Shown piece by piece: positions 38,427-52,110 of a DNA stretch of 64,000 bases. The first letter of the stretch is position 1, and each line of letters opens with the position of its first letter. A model generated the notes under the pieces. It saw only the letters and a program-made list of their open reading frames with translations, was not told where the DNA came from and ran no database searches. The stretch spans positions 86,701,446 to 86,765,445 of the forward strand of contig NC_057719.1 in assembly GCF_004010195.1 (NCBI RefSeq). Reading direction: 5' to 3'. The stretch comes from Chiloscyllium plagiosum (lineage: Eukaryota). The translations under genes were made by a program, and so were the position numbers.

Positions 38427-40850
38427 CGTCTGGCAAAATTCAACTACATCCTTGTGCCGTTCAGGCCAGTAAAAATGTTTTTACATTTTAGCTTGAGTTT
38501 TTCTTACCCCTAAATGCAACACCCACAACTCCTTTCTATAACCCATTAGCAGTACAACTTGATGAACTTCTGCCCATTTCTGATCTGCCTGAGTATACGA
38601 TGGTCTCCATTTCCTCATTAAGACATCATTTTTAATATAGTAGCACACCGGGATACATCTGGATTTTTCTTCAATGTATGCTTTTTGGTACAATTGGTTT
38701 AGTTTCTCATCTTTCTGCTATAACTCAGTTAATTTCTCTGAACTAAAGATGTCTGCTTTGTCATCTATTTGCTCCTGGTTTGATCAAACAGGGTCTCTGC
38801 TAATTCCACTTCAGCTTTCTTAGCTGTTCTCTTTGATCTCTCCTGTTTTAACTGGTGACTTTGTGACCTCATTACCAGAGTCTGGAAAAATCCCGAATTG
38901 TCCATCTTTTAATAGCTTAGTTGCATCAGTTTCCACTGGCTTTTCAACCACAGTAGGCAGCACTCCTACCGTGAATCAGCTATATCATCATCAAGGACAA
39001 ATTGCATTCCTGGAGTTGACAGTTTGTCCAATACCCCAACTCCACTCTTCACTGGACACTCTAACCTCACACTACATAATTGAACACTTCTGGTCTCGGC
39101 GTGAATTCCCATTACTAGCACCTTTTTCTGGCCATAGTCCTTCAGAGGTATATATCTCCTCACCTTTCAACATCGAAGAGTGAGAGGATCGTTTATCTCT
39201 TAATATTGTAACCTCTTTATCTGCTGCTCCTGGCCTATGCAAGTTAAACTATATGCCTGCAAATGTAAAGTTAAGATCCGGCACTTCCTCCTTAACTAAC
39301 CTCCAACCAGACTGTACATTCTGGTGCAGCCTCCGCTGTTACCACTCCAACAAAATATGCTAGCTTATCTTGTTTCCTAAATCGGCTTCCCAGTGCTTTT
39401 TTTTAACCCACCAACACTGATTTCACGTGGCCCAATTTATTGTAGCGAAAACACCAGACCTTTCTAACTGATCTTTCCCCTTCAAGGTTTCCTTTTTACC
39501 CTGTGGTAAGTCATCGTTATGATTTTCACCGAGATCTACCTTTTCCTTTATATTTAAGGACTTCTCTTTTCCCCAATTTCTAACCCTCGCAGATTGAAAT
39601 TGATTTTGGAAGCCAAACTTTAATTTATGAACCAACTCATAGTCAGCAACCATTTCAGCTGCTAATCTTGCCATTTTAACTCTTTGCTCTTCCACATGAG
39701 TTCGCACTACTTCAGGAAGTGAATTTTGAAATCCTGGCAAAGGTTCAACTTCTTAAGTTCAAATTCTCTCTCTTTCTTCCTTTCCTCCCTCTCTCTTCTC
39801 TCTTCCTTTCATTTTGTTCTGCTAAAGCAATTTTCTCTTTCTTCTGCTTTTAATTCAAATAGCTTCATTTCTTTTGCCCTTTCCTTTTCTTTTGCCTCTA
39901 ACTCAAACTACTGCACTTTCAATTGAATTTTAGCCATCTCAAAAGATTCTGATGGGGTTTCCAGCAAATCTCAATGCTCGGCTATTGCTGTAATTCTCTC
40001 TCCTTGCCTCATGGAAGGAGGCAGCTCCAACTCTAGCTTGACTGCCAATTCCAGCAGCTTAGCCTTATTCACTGCTTTAGAACCCTCAAGGTCACTTCTT
40101 CTATCCCTATAAAACGCTTAGTGGCTGAAAGAGCTATTGCTATCCCAAGCACTGTTTAAACCAACCGAAAGCAACACCCAGAATAAAAGACACTAACACC
40201 TAACACTCGTTGCTTTCGAGTCCAGCAACCCTCATCCCATATCAGAACTGTAGAACAAATCCTGCAAAGAGCCCCCAATCTGTTATGGACCAAACCAGAC
40301 TCCCGCCAAACACTTCAAGAAGATAGCCCAGACCCTAACTTTTCTAGTTATTTTAAACAGGTGTATATATTCCAGGAGTGATTCAGCTGGTCAAAGCTCT
40401 TCTGTTTTAAACAAAACAGTATTTATTTACAGAATACCGAATGAACCACAAACAAAAGAGAACAGAATACACAATACCTTAACTTATTCTATCCCAACCT
40501 AATGACGGCGTTCCAAATTTCTGCAACTGAGAGAGACACAGAGACAGAGAGAGAGAGAGAGAGAGATATGGATGGCAGAGAGATTCAGCACGGAACACCT
40601 ATTTCCATGGAGCTGTTTCTTTGACCAGCAGCCCTGAACAGCCAGACTGCGAAAAACCAAACCAAACCAGCAAAAAGCTGAGCTGGGAGAGCTGGCCACT
40701 CCTCTTTCATTGTTCAAGTTTTTTTTAAACTTGAAAGCCTTTTTCCTGGGGCAATATCTGCTAGCTATAATCAAGTTGGCCCTAAAGCCCATCCAAACCA
40801 GGCACGCCAGAACCTCTGCATTTATGACCACTCTGAAAAATAACAACCAT
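38427..40850 (-). mobile_element. Decayed Ty3/Gypsy-group LTR retrotransposon: 5' LTR, PBS, gag, protease, integrase zinc finger; 3'-truncated
   Basis: LTR end ...TAACA at 40281, then TGGGGGCTC (tRNA-Pro-like PBS); gag FQNSLPEVVRTHVEE and CCHC relic CFRYNKLGHVKS; protease relic VTILRDKRSS; integrase HLGVRKT...HFYWP..KDVVEFC. Confidence 0.85.
40260..40277 (-). promoter_or_regulatory. Primer-binding site, tRNA-Pro-like
   Basis: TGGGGGCTCtttgcagga lies 3 nt after the LTR-terminal ACA; compare the tRNA-Pro PBS TGGGGGCTCGTCCGGGAT. Confidence 0.6.
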
Positions 40851-42060
40851 GTACATCCTGACCCCCAGCATTCCCTCCAACAACCTGCTCACCACCGACG
40901 TCAGGCTCACTGGTTTATAGTCCTTACCCTGGCTTGTCCTTACCATCTTTCTTAAACAGTGGCAATACGTTAGTCAACCTCCAGTCTTCCAGCACCTCAC
41001 CTGTGACTACCGATGATATAAATATCTCAGCAAGGGGTCCAGCAATCACTACTGTAGCTTCCCATGCAGTTCTAGGGTACACCTGATCAGGTCCTGGGGA
41101 TTATTTACTTTTATGCGTTTCAAGACACCCAGCACTTCCTTCTCTACAATATGGACATTTTTCAAGATCTCACCAAGATTTCCCCACATTGTGTATCTTC
41201 CTTGCGCTTCTGCACAGTAAACACGATACAAAATAGTTGTTCAATATGTCCATCCCCTGTGACTCCACACAAATGCCACCTTACTGATCTTTAAGGGGCC
41301 ATACTCTCTCCCTAGTTACTCTTTTGCCTTTAATGTATTTGTAAAAACCCTTTGGATTCTCCTTAATTCTATTTGCAAAAGCTATCTCATGTTCCCTTTT
41401 TGCCCTCCTGACTTCCCTCTTAAGTATACTCCTACTGCCTTTATACTCTTCTAAGGATTCACTTGATCTATCCTGTCTATACCTTACATATGCTTCCTTC
41501 TTTTTCTTAACCAAAACCTCAATTTCTCTAGTCATCCAGCATTCCCTACACCTATCAGCCTTTCCTTTCACCCTAACAGGAATACACTGTCTCTGGACTC
41601 TTGTTCTCTCATTTCTGAAGGCTTCCCATTTTCCAGCCATCCCTTTACCTGCGAACATCTGCCCCCAATCAGCTTTTGGGAGTTATTGCCTAATACCGTC
41701 AAAATTAGCCTTCCTCCAATTTAGAACTTCAACTTTTCGATCTGGTCTATCACTATTTTAAAACTCATAGAATTATGATCACTGGCGCCAAAGTGCTCCC
41801 CCACTGACACCTCAGTCATCTGCCCTGCCTTATTTCCTAAGAGTAGGTCAGGTTTTGCACTTTCTTTAGTAGGTACATTCACATACTAAATCAGAAACAT
41901 TTCTTGTACACAGTTAACAAATTCCTCTCCATCTCAACCTTTAACACTACAGCAGTCCCAGTCTATGTGTGTAAAGTTAAAATCCCCTACCATAACCACC
42001 CTATTATTCTTACAGATAACTGAGATCTCCTCACAAATTTATTTCTCAATTTCCTGCTGG
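40850..42060 (-). mobile_element. CR1 LINE ORF2 fragment (endonuclease to RT linker)
   Basis: KWEAFRNE...IKENPKGFYKYIKGKR; MVGDFN relic near 41975-41995. Confidence 0.85.
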
Positions 42061-42359
42061 GTTTCTTTCTTTCTCTCTCTCTCTCCCCTGCACTGACCTG
42101 ACCATGTGCTGTCTTTTGTCTGTCCCTCTCCCTTTTAAAAGTGCTGTTATTTTAACTTTTTTTTCCTCCAAAGTTCCAAAACAACGTAACCACATACAAA
42201 ACAGTAATTGATGCTCCCAGAATTCAAGGAAATCACCTCCACCTTAAATACCTCAAAAAAGGAGCAGCCCGTTACAGCCAGAACTTTTTTCCCATCCTCC
42301 ATCTTGAATTACCTAGAATCATATTTAAGGAATAATGTATGCTAGCAATAGTTGAACAT

Positions 42360-44170
42360 TCTTTCTGGTGCAAAATTACAAAAGGAAAAGTGGCCCAAGC
42401 AAAATTTATAAAAGAAAGCAAGTACTGCATTAGAATCAAACAGGAATCATATCAATTTGCTGGAAAAAGTGGCAAAGCTAAGGATTAGGATCAGTTTAAA
42501 ATTCAGCAAAGGAGAAACAAGAGACTAATTAAGAGGTGTGAAACAAGAGTGTAAGAGTACTACATGAATGGTAATAGTAAGAATGTACAAACAAAAAGAT
42601 GAGTGAAGACAAATGTAGGTCCCTTGCATGGGAGAAACAGGAAAATTGATCATGGAGAACATGGAAATGGCAGAGCAATGAAACAACTACTTGAGGTTTG
42701 GATTCACAGAACATGCAAATAATTTCCCAGAAACAGTAGAGAAGCAAAAGTCTATTGGGAATGATAAATTGAAAAATATTTATAATAAAAAAAGTAGAGA
42801 AAATAACAGAACTGAAAGGTGACAAATATGCAAGACTTCATAATCTACATCCTAAAGTAATAATGGAGGTGGCCATGGAGGTAATGGATGTTTTGGTTGT
42901 CATCTTCCAAAGTTCTGCAGATTCTCAAACAGTACCAGTTGAATGGAGAGTGGCAAATGGTTAGACAGTGTCAACATACATCTGCAAGGGTAAGTCCGCT
43001 TGACAAATCTACTGGAGTGTTTAGAGGACACTACTGATAAACAGGTTCAGCAGAATCAGTGGATTCGATGTATTTGAATTTTCAGAAAACATAGATAAAG
43101 CCCACATAAATTAGAGTGCTAAAGCACATGCATGTGGGATAATATACTAGCATGGAGAGAGAACTGATTAGCAGACAGGACACCAAGAGTAGGAATAAAT
43201 AGATCTTTTTCAGAGTAGAAACTGGTAGCCAGCTTGGCACCACAGAGATCAGTGTTTGATCCCCAGCTATTCACAATACGTATCAACAATCTGAATAAGG
43301 GAATCAAATGCAGTATTTCCACGTCTGCTGATGACACAGAATAAGGAAGAATTGTGGATGGTGAGGAAGAGGTAAAGAGGCTTTCAGATGATTTTGGCAA
43401 GTTGAGAGAGAGAGAGAGAGAGAGGACAAATACATGGCAGCTGTCCACTCCTGTGTAGGAAAAACAGAACAGCAGAGTACTGATAAACTGGTGAAAGATA
43501 TGGAAACATTGATGTGCAAAGGGACCTGGGAATCCTTGCACACCAATCGCTGAAAACAAGCATGCAATTGTTTGAAAACCAAATGGAATGTTAGTCTTCA
43601 TTGCAAGGGGTTTTCAATACAGGAGCAAGGTTGCCTCACTGTAGCTGTACAACTGGTGCGGTTTTGGTATCCTTACCTCAGAAAGGATATACTTGCCACT
43701 GAGGAAGCACAGCAAATGTGCACTAGGCTGGTACGTGGGATGGCAGTTTATCATGCAAGCAAAGATTTACTCACTGGAATTCAGAAAAATGAGAGGAGAT
43801 TTCAAAATTCTAACAAGGAGAGACTGGGTACACAAATAGTGTTCAGGTGAAGGAGCGTGGTGTTTACAACAAGAGATCACAGTTTCAGGTTGCAAAGTAC
43901 ACCATTTAGGACTGAAATGAGAAGACATTTCTTCACTCAGAAGGTAGTGACTTTGCGGAATTGCTTTCCACACGTGGCAGTGGAGGCCAAGTTACTGAAT
44001 ATATTTAAAAATCATACAGATAGATTTCTAGGCACTAAAGATATCAAAGGGATTGAGTAGAGAGTCAGAGTATGCATTGAAACAGAGGATCAGCCAAGAT
44101 CATATTGAATGAAGGAGCAGGTTTGATGAAACCTACTATTTTCCATTTCACTATTTTGCATTTTCTATGT
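42360..44170 (+). mobile_element. Decayed CR1 LINE
   Basis: RT relics; FRTEMRRHFFTQKVV. Confidence 0.8.
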
Positions 44171-44981
44171 TTCTAATAATATGCTTGGAGGTGTGCAAAA
44201 TATGATTAGTCCTCATGATTCAAAGCACCCATATATACACAGTCATTCCTCCATACCATGAGCGTTCCATTTTGAGAACCCCTGCGAATGATGAAACTCA
44301 TGAGTGTAGAGCTCACTTACACATAGGTTAAAAATAAGTTAAAAATTGCAGATACACAGGTGTTGATTTTTGTTATTACTTACTTTTTGGGGCAGATAGG
44401 TGAATTCCATGCAGGATTTATTTTACAGAGGAGTTATTGGTTTCAAAGGACACATAAAGACAATGTCACTTAACTCCCCACTTTATCTGTGACTGGTTCT
44501 GTGCAACATCCAGTGACCAAATGGTCACGTGAGTTGCCATAACAAGTTCAAATAACCTCCCTTCCCAGCCACTCCCCTCCCCTTCCATTGTCCCCTGCCA
44601 CCAACCATGTTCATTCCTCCCTTACATACAAAACATCGACTTTTCCACCTCCTGATGCTGCCTGGCTTGCTGCGTACCGGTCTACTTTGGATTCCAGCAT
44701 CTGCAGTTTTTTTTGTCTCATAACAAGTTATCCACAGGTTATCCACAAAGGTGATGAGAGCACACAGGACTTGATGGTAATGCTGAATCCATGTGTTTGT
44801 TTGACATTGCTAGCCTACCTACTAAAGTAATATCTAAAGAAGCCGTATTTATCTGGATTTCAGCATTATACCATTGCAATCTAGATCATCTACCATTGTC
44901 TGAATCTGTATTCGTTGAATTAGGAATTTAGCAACCATCCCTCAGAAGCCAGAATCTTGAAAATAATGTATCCCCACATAC

Positions 44982-45062
44982 CTGTTTGGCCAACTGAGTT
45001 AGTTTCTTTGCATCTCTCTTTTCCTCTTCTAATCTCTGAATTTCTTCAAGGATTTCACGTTG
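44982..45062 (-). CDS. EIF2AK4: GCN2 exon 5: QREILEEIQRLEEEKRDAKKLTQLAKQ
   Basis: ttttttag|CAA...CAG|gtatgt; 81 nt; resembles human QREILHEIQRRKEE...AKQ. Confidence 0.93.
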
Positions 45063-45529
45063 CTAAAAAAATAAGTTGAACAACATTATTACTTTTGTCT
45101 TAATTTTTTTTTTAAAAATCACACGAGTGAACTGGATGGTTAAAAATATGAACACAACATCCAGGTCAGGCAGTATCTGTGAAAATGGAAGCAGAGTTAA
45201 CATTTCAAGTGACCTTTTAACAAAACTGAAAAATATTGTTTTAAAGCTGTTACATCTCTAGATAAAGCTTGGAATACAAAAGGAAGTTGCAGTGAATCTT
45301 CATAAATTGGTGATTACATCTTAGCTAAGTACTTCGGTCAATCTGTGGTGCCACACTTTTCAAACTATATCAAGATAGTGTGCAGAATGATTTACGAGAA
45401 TGCAGGATGTAAAGTCTCAGTTATCTGCCGGACTGGAGAAGCTGGGATTGTCTTACTACAATAGCAAAACTTAGGAGGAGAATCAATATAGGTGTTCAAA
45501 AATCAAGAAGTATTTTTATGGAGCTAACA

Positions 45530-45748
45530 CAGGTAGTTCTCCTATAATGCGATGTTTGCATTCTTGAGCAACCCTGCATTTTAGAAAAATCATGCTTTAG
45601 AAACAGCGCTTAAAGTATTGGCAATGTAATCGCATTACAGTCAACACACTTTTTAAAAGTTCGCGCTTTAGAGACAATGTCCCCAATTTGTCAAACACGT
45701 TTCAGTGAATTCCTGTTAACAAAACGTGCATTACAGCAGAACAACCTG
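45530..45748. mobile_element. Tigger/pogo-type MITE (same family)
   Basis: CAGGTAGTTCTCCTATAATG ... CATTACAGCAGAACAACCTG|TA. Confidence 0.7.
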
Positions 45749-46717
45749 TAAATATAAAGAATTTCTACTTACGAATTCAAAACCAGGAAACAGAAGTTTA
45801 TAATGTTTGCCAAAAAAAGCCACAGGGAAGGCATGAGAGTTATGAGAAGATCCCTTCCCTTAGTTAGGAAGGTATGATAAATTTAAAAGTTGGTGAAAGC
45901 AGGTTCAGCAGTAACTTTCAAAAGGAAATTGCATTTCTGCTTAAAAAGGAAATCACTTCAGAATAAATATCTAGGAAGTGGCACAAATCAATAGCTCTTT
46001 CAGAAAGCCGGCACAGAAATGACAGATTAAATAGCATTTCTGTATGCTATACAATTTCGTAGTTCCACTATACAAGACTAGCTGTCACAGATAATTCCCA
46101 GCGAATGAGTGTGGCCCTGAGGTCAAGGATTGGGAAGCTCATCAACGTTGTAACAGACTAAACTTTAGCAATACCACCCAAAACATCTGGGAACTTAAGT
46201 TTTCCAGACTTAAGGCGAATCTTTACAGGAGGAGATTATCAACTCATTAGACAAGCAAATGGAAGTATGGCATAGATTTTCAAAATTCATTTTAAGAACC
46301 ATAGTTTCAGATATTCACTGATGAAAACAATAAAGGCGAGCCTAAATGTTTAAAACTGAAATCAGAAATTATATTGCGCAGATTTCTTTTTCAATTAGTG
46401 ACTAAAACATTGGAAGAAATTATAGATCACAAATAACTTACTCCAGCCCATCAATCTCTATACACAACACATTGCAATCACTTGAAAATGTACTGTGGTA
46501 CTCACACTGACATTTCTTCTTATCAGTCGCCATTTTAAGGCTTGAATTTTAAAATAGTTTACAGGGGCTTAAATCAAAGCGAGTACTTTGTCATGACAAC
46601 AAACTACACTCAGTTTGAGGCAACATTTTTGAACATTTTTTGGTGAGACAGACAGTATTCGACACATTCATTAAAAATGTCATTACCGCATAGATTCAAG
46701 ACTTTAACGTTACTATA

Positions 46718-47110
46718 AGAGTCATAGAGTTGTACAGCATGAAAACAGACCCTTTGGTCCAGCTCATCCATGCTGACCAGGTATCTTAAATTAATCTAGT
46801 CCCATTTGCCAGCATACAGCCCATATCCCTCTCAACCTTTTCTATTCATGTACCCATCCAGATGCCTTTTAAACGCTGGAATTGTACCTGCCTTCATCAC
46901 TTCCTGTGACAGCTCATTCAATATGTGCATCACCTTCTGCATGAAAAAGTTTGCACTTTAGGTCCTATTTATATGTTTCCCCTCTCACATTACACCTATG
47001 CTCTCTAGTTTTGGACTCCCCAACCCTACCCTACCCTTGGAAAAATACCTTGGCTATTCACCCTATCCATGCCCCTCATGATTTTATAAATGTAAGGTCA
47101 CCCCTCAGCA
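46718..47110 (-). mobile_element. CR1 LINE 3' end
   Basis: agagtcatagagttgtacagcatg tail, homologous to 62643. Confidence 0.85.
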
Positions 47111-47629
47111 TTCTATTCTGAGATATTTTTACTAGCTAGTAAAACTGATAATGTTCCCTTAATGTTCTGAAATTTTTCTCATCAAATACAAAGGATTCAA
47201 TGACAAATGGGTTAATGGCATAAGGTAAAGGAGAGCCACCATAGAACAGTAAAATGATCAAAAGATAGATCTGCAAGAGCTGAAATTAACAAAACCAGAA
47301 TCATTACTAGCAACTAACGTCCATAAACAACAAAAAGGGAGCAGTTACAATCTGAAATTACTCTGTTGAGTCTAGAAGACTGTAAAGTACCATAATCAAA
47401 AGATGTGAGCGCTGATCTTCAAACTTCTGCAGATTTTCATTCGGAAGCCAAGGACAAAGATCAGACTAGGAATGGAGCAAAGAATGGAAATGACAAGCAG
47501 ACAAAAGCTCATGTCATGCTTGTGAACTAAATGGAGCTGTTCCAAAGTGATCATCCAATCTGCATTTGGTGTATCCAGTACAGACAGGCGCACGTTGTGA
47601 GCAACAAATAAGGTATAATACGATGAAGG

Positions 47630-47980
47630 AAGACAGTGGCATGGTAGCAATGTCACTGAATTAGTAATCGAAAGGCCCAGGCTAAACCTCTGAGGACATA
47701 GGTAGAAATATCATGACTGCAGCCAAAGGAATTTAAATTTAATCAATAAATCTGTTAGAAAAGATAGTTTCAATCATGGTAGCTTTGAAACTACCATTTA
47801 TAGTAAAAAGCCATCTGGTTCATTAACCTCTTCCAAGATACAATTCCAGATGCACAGTATTGTGGTTGACTCTGGACTGCCCTTGGTCCAGTAAACCAGT
47901 CTGTTCAAGGACAGTTAAGGATGGGCAAAAAGCACTGGCTTTGCCAAGGGCACTCACATCTCATCAAAGAATCATTTTAA
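47630..47980 (+). mobile_element. Second SINE family copy (decayed)
   Basis: gtggcatggtagcaatgtcactg head; gatgggcaaaaagcactggc tail. Confidence 0.65.
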
Positions 47981-48339
47981 AACAAGCATCAATAATTCAT
48001 TGCTTCACCTGGCAATAACATCTGGGGCTCTGGACAGTGGGAAATAAGGCAATAAAAGGGGCAGGTGTTAGACGTCCTATGCATGCACAGAAAGTGCTGT
48101 GGGAGGGAAGGGGTTGTGGCAAAATGGTTCGGGTTGTGATAGAGGAAACAGTGTCTGGGTAATGCTGAAAAAAGTGGCTTCATTCAACATGCCGCTCAAG
48201 CAAAGGTTTAAATACTTGGATCACACCTTTTTTGGTCTGTTTCCCTGTCCAACAGCTATGTAGCTATTTGGACATAAATTAAGGCTTTAAAATGTAGACC
48301 TGTTACCTGTAACAATAAGATCCTGTTGTTTCTCAACAG

Positions 48340-48620
48340 TAGGAGATGCAATTGAAAGTACAGTACAAATGGTGTGAGTCAAGTGGAATGTCGACAGGCT
48401 ATTATTCATCACTTGTTATTCAGCCTGTCGACACTCCACTCACACCACTTGTATGATCCTTTGATCTCTCCGCCTATAAATTCTGTGCCTATGTGCTTAC
48501 CTCCACTTCACCTGACGAAGGAGCAGCGTTCCAAAAGCTTGTGATTTCAAATAAGTCTGTTGGATATAATCTGGTGTTGTGCGACTTCTGACCTTGTCCA
48601 CACTAGTCCAACACCTCCAC
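48340..48620 (+). mobile_element. Penelope-like terminal fragment with a 5' hairpin and a mutated hammerhead
   Basis: cacCTGACGAAGGAGCAGCGTTCCAAAAGCTTgtg followed by ctgttggatataatctggtgttgtg, as in the 234-1485 family. Confidence 0.7.
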
Positions 48621-49889
48621 ATCAATGCTGTTCCAGCCAGTGTACCACTTCCACCTTCAATAACCACAAGATCTACAGAACGTCTGCCATTTGTATTTTT
48701 TTTCCCATTTGTTCACAAGATGTGGGCATCACTGGAAGCATCAGCATTTATTGCCCATCCTTAATTACCTTCAAGAAAGCAGTGAATCACTGTACAGGCT
48801 GTTTATAAAACCACACTGTTAGAAATTTTGGTCTAGTGACAGTGAAGGAACAGAGATATATTTCCAAGTCAGAATGGTATGTGGCTTGGAGGTAAACAGG
48901 CAGGTGGTGGTTCTCCCAGGCACCTGCTGCCCTTGTCCTCCAGGATAGTAAGGTTTGCAGGCTTGAAAGAGCCTCAGTGAATTACTGCAGTGCATCTTAT
49001 GGATTGTGCAAACATTATGTCCCAGTGGTGAAAGGAGTGTATATTTATGGTGTGGAAGGGTTGCCACAAAGTCAGGGCTCTATCCTGAATGGTCAGGTGG
49101 ATTAGAAACACAAAAGTATTAAATGTAAATCAACCCGGAGAAGTGTGAGGTGATGTATTTGGGGAGGGAAAACAAGGCCAAGGTGTACACAATAAATGGG
49201 ATAATTAAAGGTGCAAAGGAAGTGAGAGACTTCGAAGAGCAATATTCAGGTGGGAGGACAGGTCAAGAAGGTGGCGAAGTGGAGACATGGAATACTTTGC
49301 TTTATTAGTCAAGACACAAAATAGAAGTAGTGGGTCTCTTGTGGTGCAGTGATGGTGTCCCTACCTTTGACCCAGAAGACCCATGTTCAAGACCTGGGTA
49401 TCTCTGAACAGATTGATGGCAAGAAAATGCATCTATAACTGCAGTAGAGCGGAGGAAAGAGGAGTTTTACAGGAATGTTTTTAGGACCAGAACATTGGAG
49501 CTATGAGGAAAGAGTGGATGGCTGAGGTTATTCTCTGGAACAGTAGGCTGAGGGGAGATTTGACTGAAGCATAGAAGGTGGTAAGTGGCACGAACAGACT
49601 GGATGGAAAGAATCAATTTTCCTTAGCACAGAGGTCAGTTACTAGGGGACATAGAACTAAAGTGATTCTGGATTCAAGGCAAAAAAAAGGAAAAAAAGGT
49701 CACCCAAATGGGGGTAAAGTCAAGAACTCAAAGTGTCTGAATCTGAACCTCAAATTTCACAAAGTGCTGGAAAATGGGATGGGATGGGTGACTCATTTCT
49801 TGGCCTCAGACTTCTGTGCTGTAAGTTTATTTACATTTTCTAAACTTTCTAAATTCTGAAAAGGAGGAATGGGGAGGGATATCAGGAAG

Positions 49890-50715
49890 CAGCAAGGGAA
49901 GGCGGTACAATGGGCTGAGGACTGGCCGTTGGAGTTTAATTTGGATAAATGCGTGGTATTGCATTTTGGTAAACAAACAAGAGCAGGACTTATATAATTA
50001 ATGGTATGGCCCTGGGTAGTGTTGACACACAGAGAGACCTAGGAAGTTAAGGTACATAATTCTTTGAAATTTGCAACACAAGTAGACAGGGTGGTTAAGA
50101 AGGCGCTTAGCTCACTTGCCTTTACTGCTCGAACCTTTGAGTATAGGCGTTGAGATGTCATGTTGCTGATGAGGCCTCTTCTAGAGTACTATGTGCAGTT
50201 CTGGTCACCCTACTATAGGAAGGATATTATTAGATTGGAGAAGGTTCAGAGAAGATTTACCAGGTTGTTGCAGAAATGGAGGGTTTGAGTTATAAAAATA
50301 ACCTGCATAGGCTAGGACTTGTTTCACTGGAGTGTAGGAGGTTAAGGGGTGATATTATAGAAGTTTATAAAGTCATGAGCGGCATAAATAAAGTGAATAG
50401 CAAAGGTCTTTTCCCTAAGGTGGGAGAGTTCAAAACTTGGGTGTTTATTAACGAGGTGAGAGGAGAAAGTTTTAAAAAAGACATGAGGGGCAATCTTTTT
50501 TTTACTCAGAGAATGGTTCATATGAACTGCCACAGGAAGTGGTGGATATAGGTACAGTTACAATATTGAAAAGACATTTGGACAAGTACATGAATAGGAA
50601 AGGTTTAGAGGGATATGGGTCAAACACAGGCAGGTGGGACTAGTTGAGTTTGGAAACGTGGTCGGCACGGACTAGTTAGACCAAAGAGTCTGTTTCCATG
50701 CTGTATGACTCTATG
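49890..50715 (+). mobile_element. CR1 LINE 3' fragment
   Basis: RRLRGDIIEVYK; tail gtatgactctatg. Confidence 0.88.
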
Positions 50716-50835
50716 GTATCTCGGAACAGGTTGATTAAAAAAAGTACCTACAATAGAAGTAACGTATAATGATTACAGTAATGGAAAATTACTACAAGCA
50801 GGAAAAGAAAACGCAAAGGATCATGCAACACATAC

Positions 50836-51009
50836 CATTTTTTCATCTTGCTTCTTCTTCTGTTCTATCCTGCGCTGTTCCTCCTGTGCAAGTCGCTGCT
50901 GTTGCTCCTGTTGGTTCTTCAGCATTTCCTCATAGAAGGATTTGGAGGGAGGAATGTTGTTTTCACTGAGAAACGCCTGCACATGATCAGCCAAGACGAA
51001 TATCATCAC
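50836..51009 (-). CDS. EIF2AK4: GCN2 exon 4: VMIFVLADHVQAFLSENN...KKKQDEKM
   Basis: tag|GTG...ATG|gtatgt; 174 nt; within ORF 50821..51009; end of RWD plus charged coiled-coil. Confidence 0.93.
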
Positions 51010-51139
51010 CTACCAAGTGAAACACCATTACACAGGGTTACAACTAACATTTCATCCCTCAGGAAGAGCAACTGTGAGACACGTCTATACAGTCATTAAG
51101 AAGAGTTATGTCCTACAGAGGCCAAATGTCTTCGAAACA

Positions 51140-52110
51140 GGAACAGGAGTAGGGCATTCAGACCAGAGGCTGTTCTGCCATTCAATAAGATTGTAACTGA
51201 TCAGTGGCCGAACTCCATTTATAACAGCCTTTCATTCATATACTTTAATATCTTTGTTAAACAAAAATATATCTATCTTAGATTTAAAATTAACAACTGA
51301 TCTAGCATCAACTGCTATTTGTGGAAGAGAGTTCCAAACCTCTACTGCGCTCTGTGAATATAAGTGTTTCCTAACATCTCTTCTGAATGCTCTGGCCCTA
51401 ATTTTCAGACTATGCTCCCCAGTTTGAAAACCCCCAACCACTGGAAAATGTTTATCTTTATCTACTCAGTCTGCCCCTGGTGGTATCGGGACAACTTTGA
51501 TCAATAGCCCCTTAACTTTCTGAATTATAGAGAAAACATGCCTAATTTGTGTAATTTCTCTGCATGCCACAACCTCAAAGCTCAGGTATCATTCCAGTTA
51601 ACCTACGCTGTACTCCCTCCAAGACCAATATATCCTTCCTCAGCTGTGGTGCCCAAATCTGCTCACAGCAGAATATAACCAGGGTTATGTATAACTGTAG
51701 TACAACTTCTGCATCCTTATACTCCAGTCCACTAGATATCAAAAAAATAGCATTCATTCACCATCTTGATTACTTTCTGCACTTGTCCATGGCATTTTAA
51801 AGATCTATGCACCTGAAACCCCAACTCTCTTTGGGCATCCACTATAGTGAACTTCATATCACTTAGAAAACACTCTGATCTATCTATTTTTTGGTCCAAA
51901 ATGGAAAATATTACACTGGCTTACACTGAATTCCATCGAGCACAGTTTTACCCATTCAACTAGACTATCAATATCCCTTTGTAACTTTACCCTATCATCT
52001 ACACCGTCTACAATGCCACCTAAGTTTGTGCCATTAGCAAATTTGGTCATATGACTTTCAATTTCATTATCTAAGTTATTAATAACGAATGTGAATAACT
52101 TAGGCCCTAA
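51140..52110 (-). mobile_element. Decayed CR1 LINE 3' fragment
   Basis: LGPKLFTFVINNLD, KFANGT, LEGVQRRLT. Confidence 0.85.
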
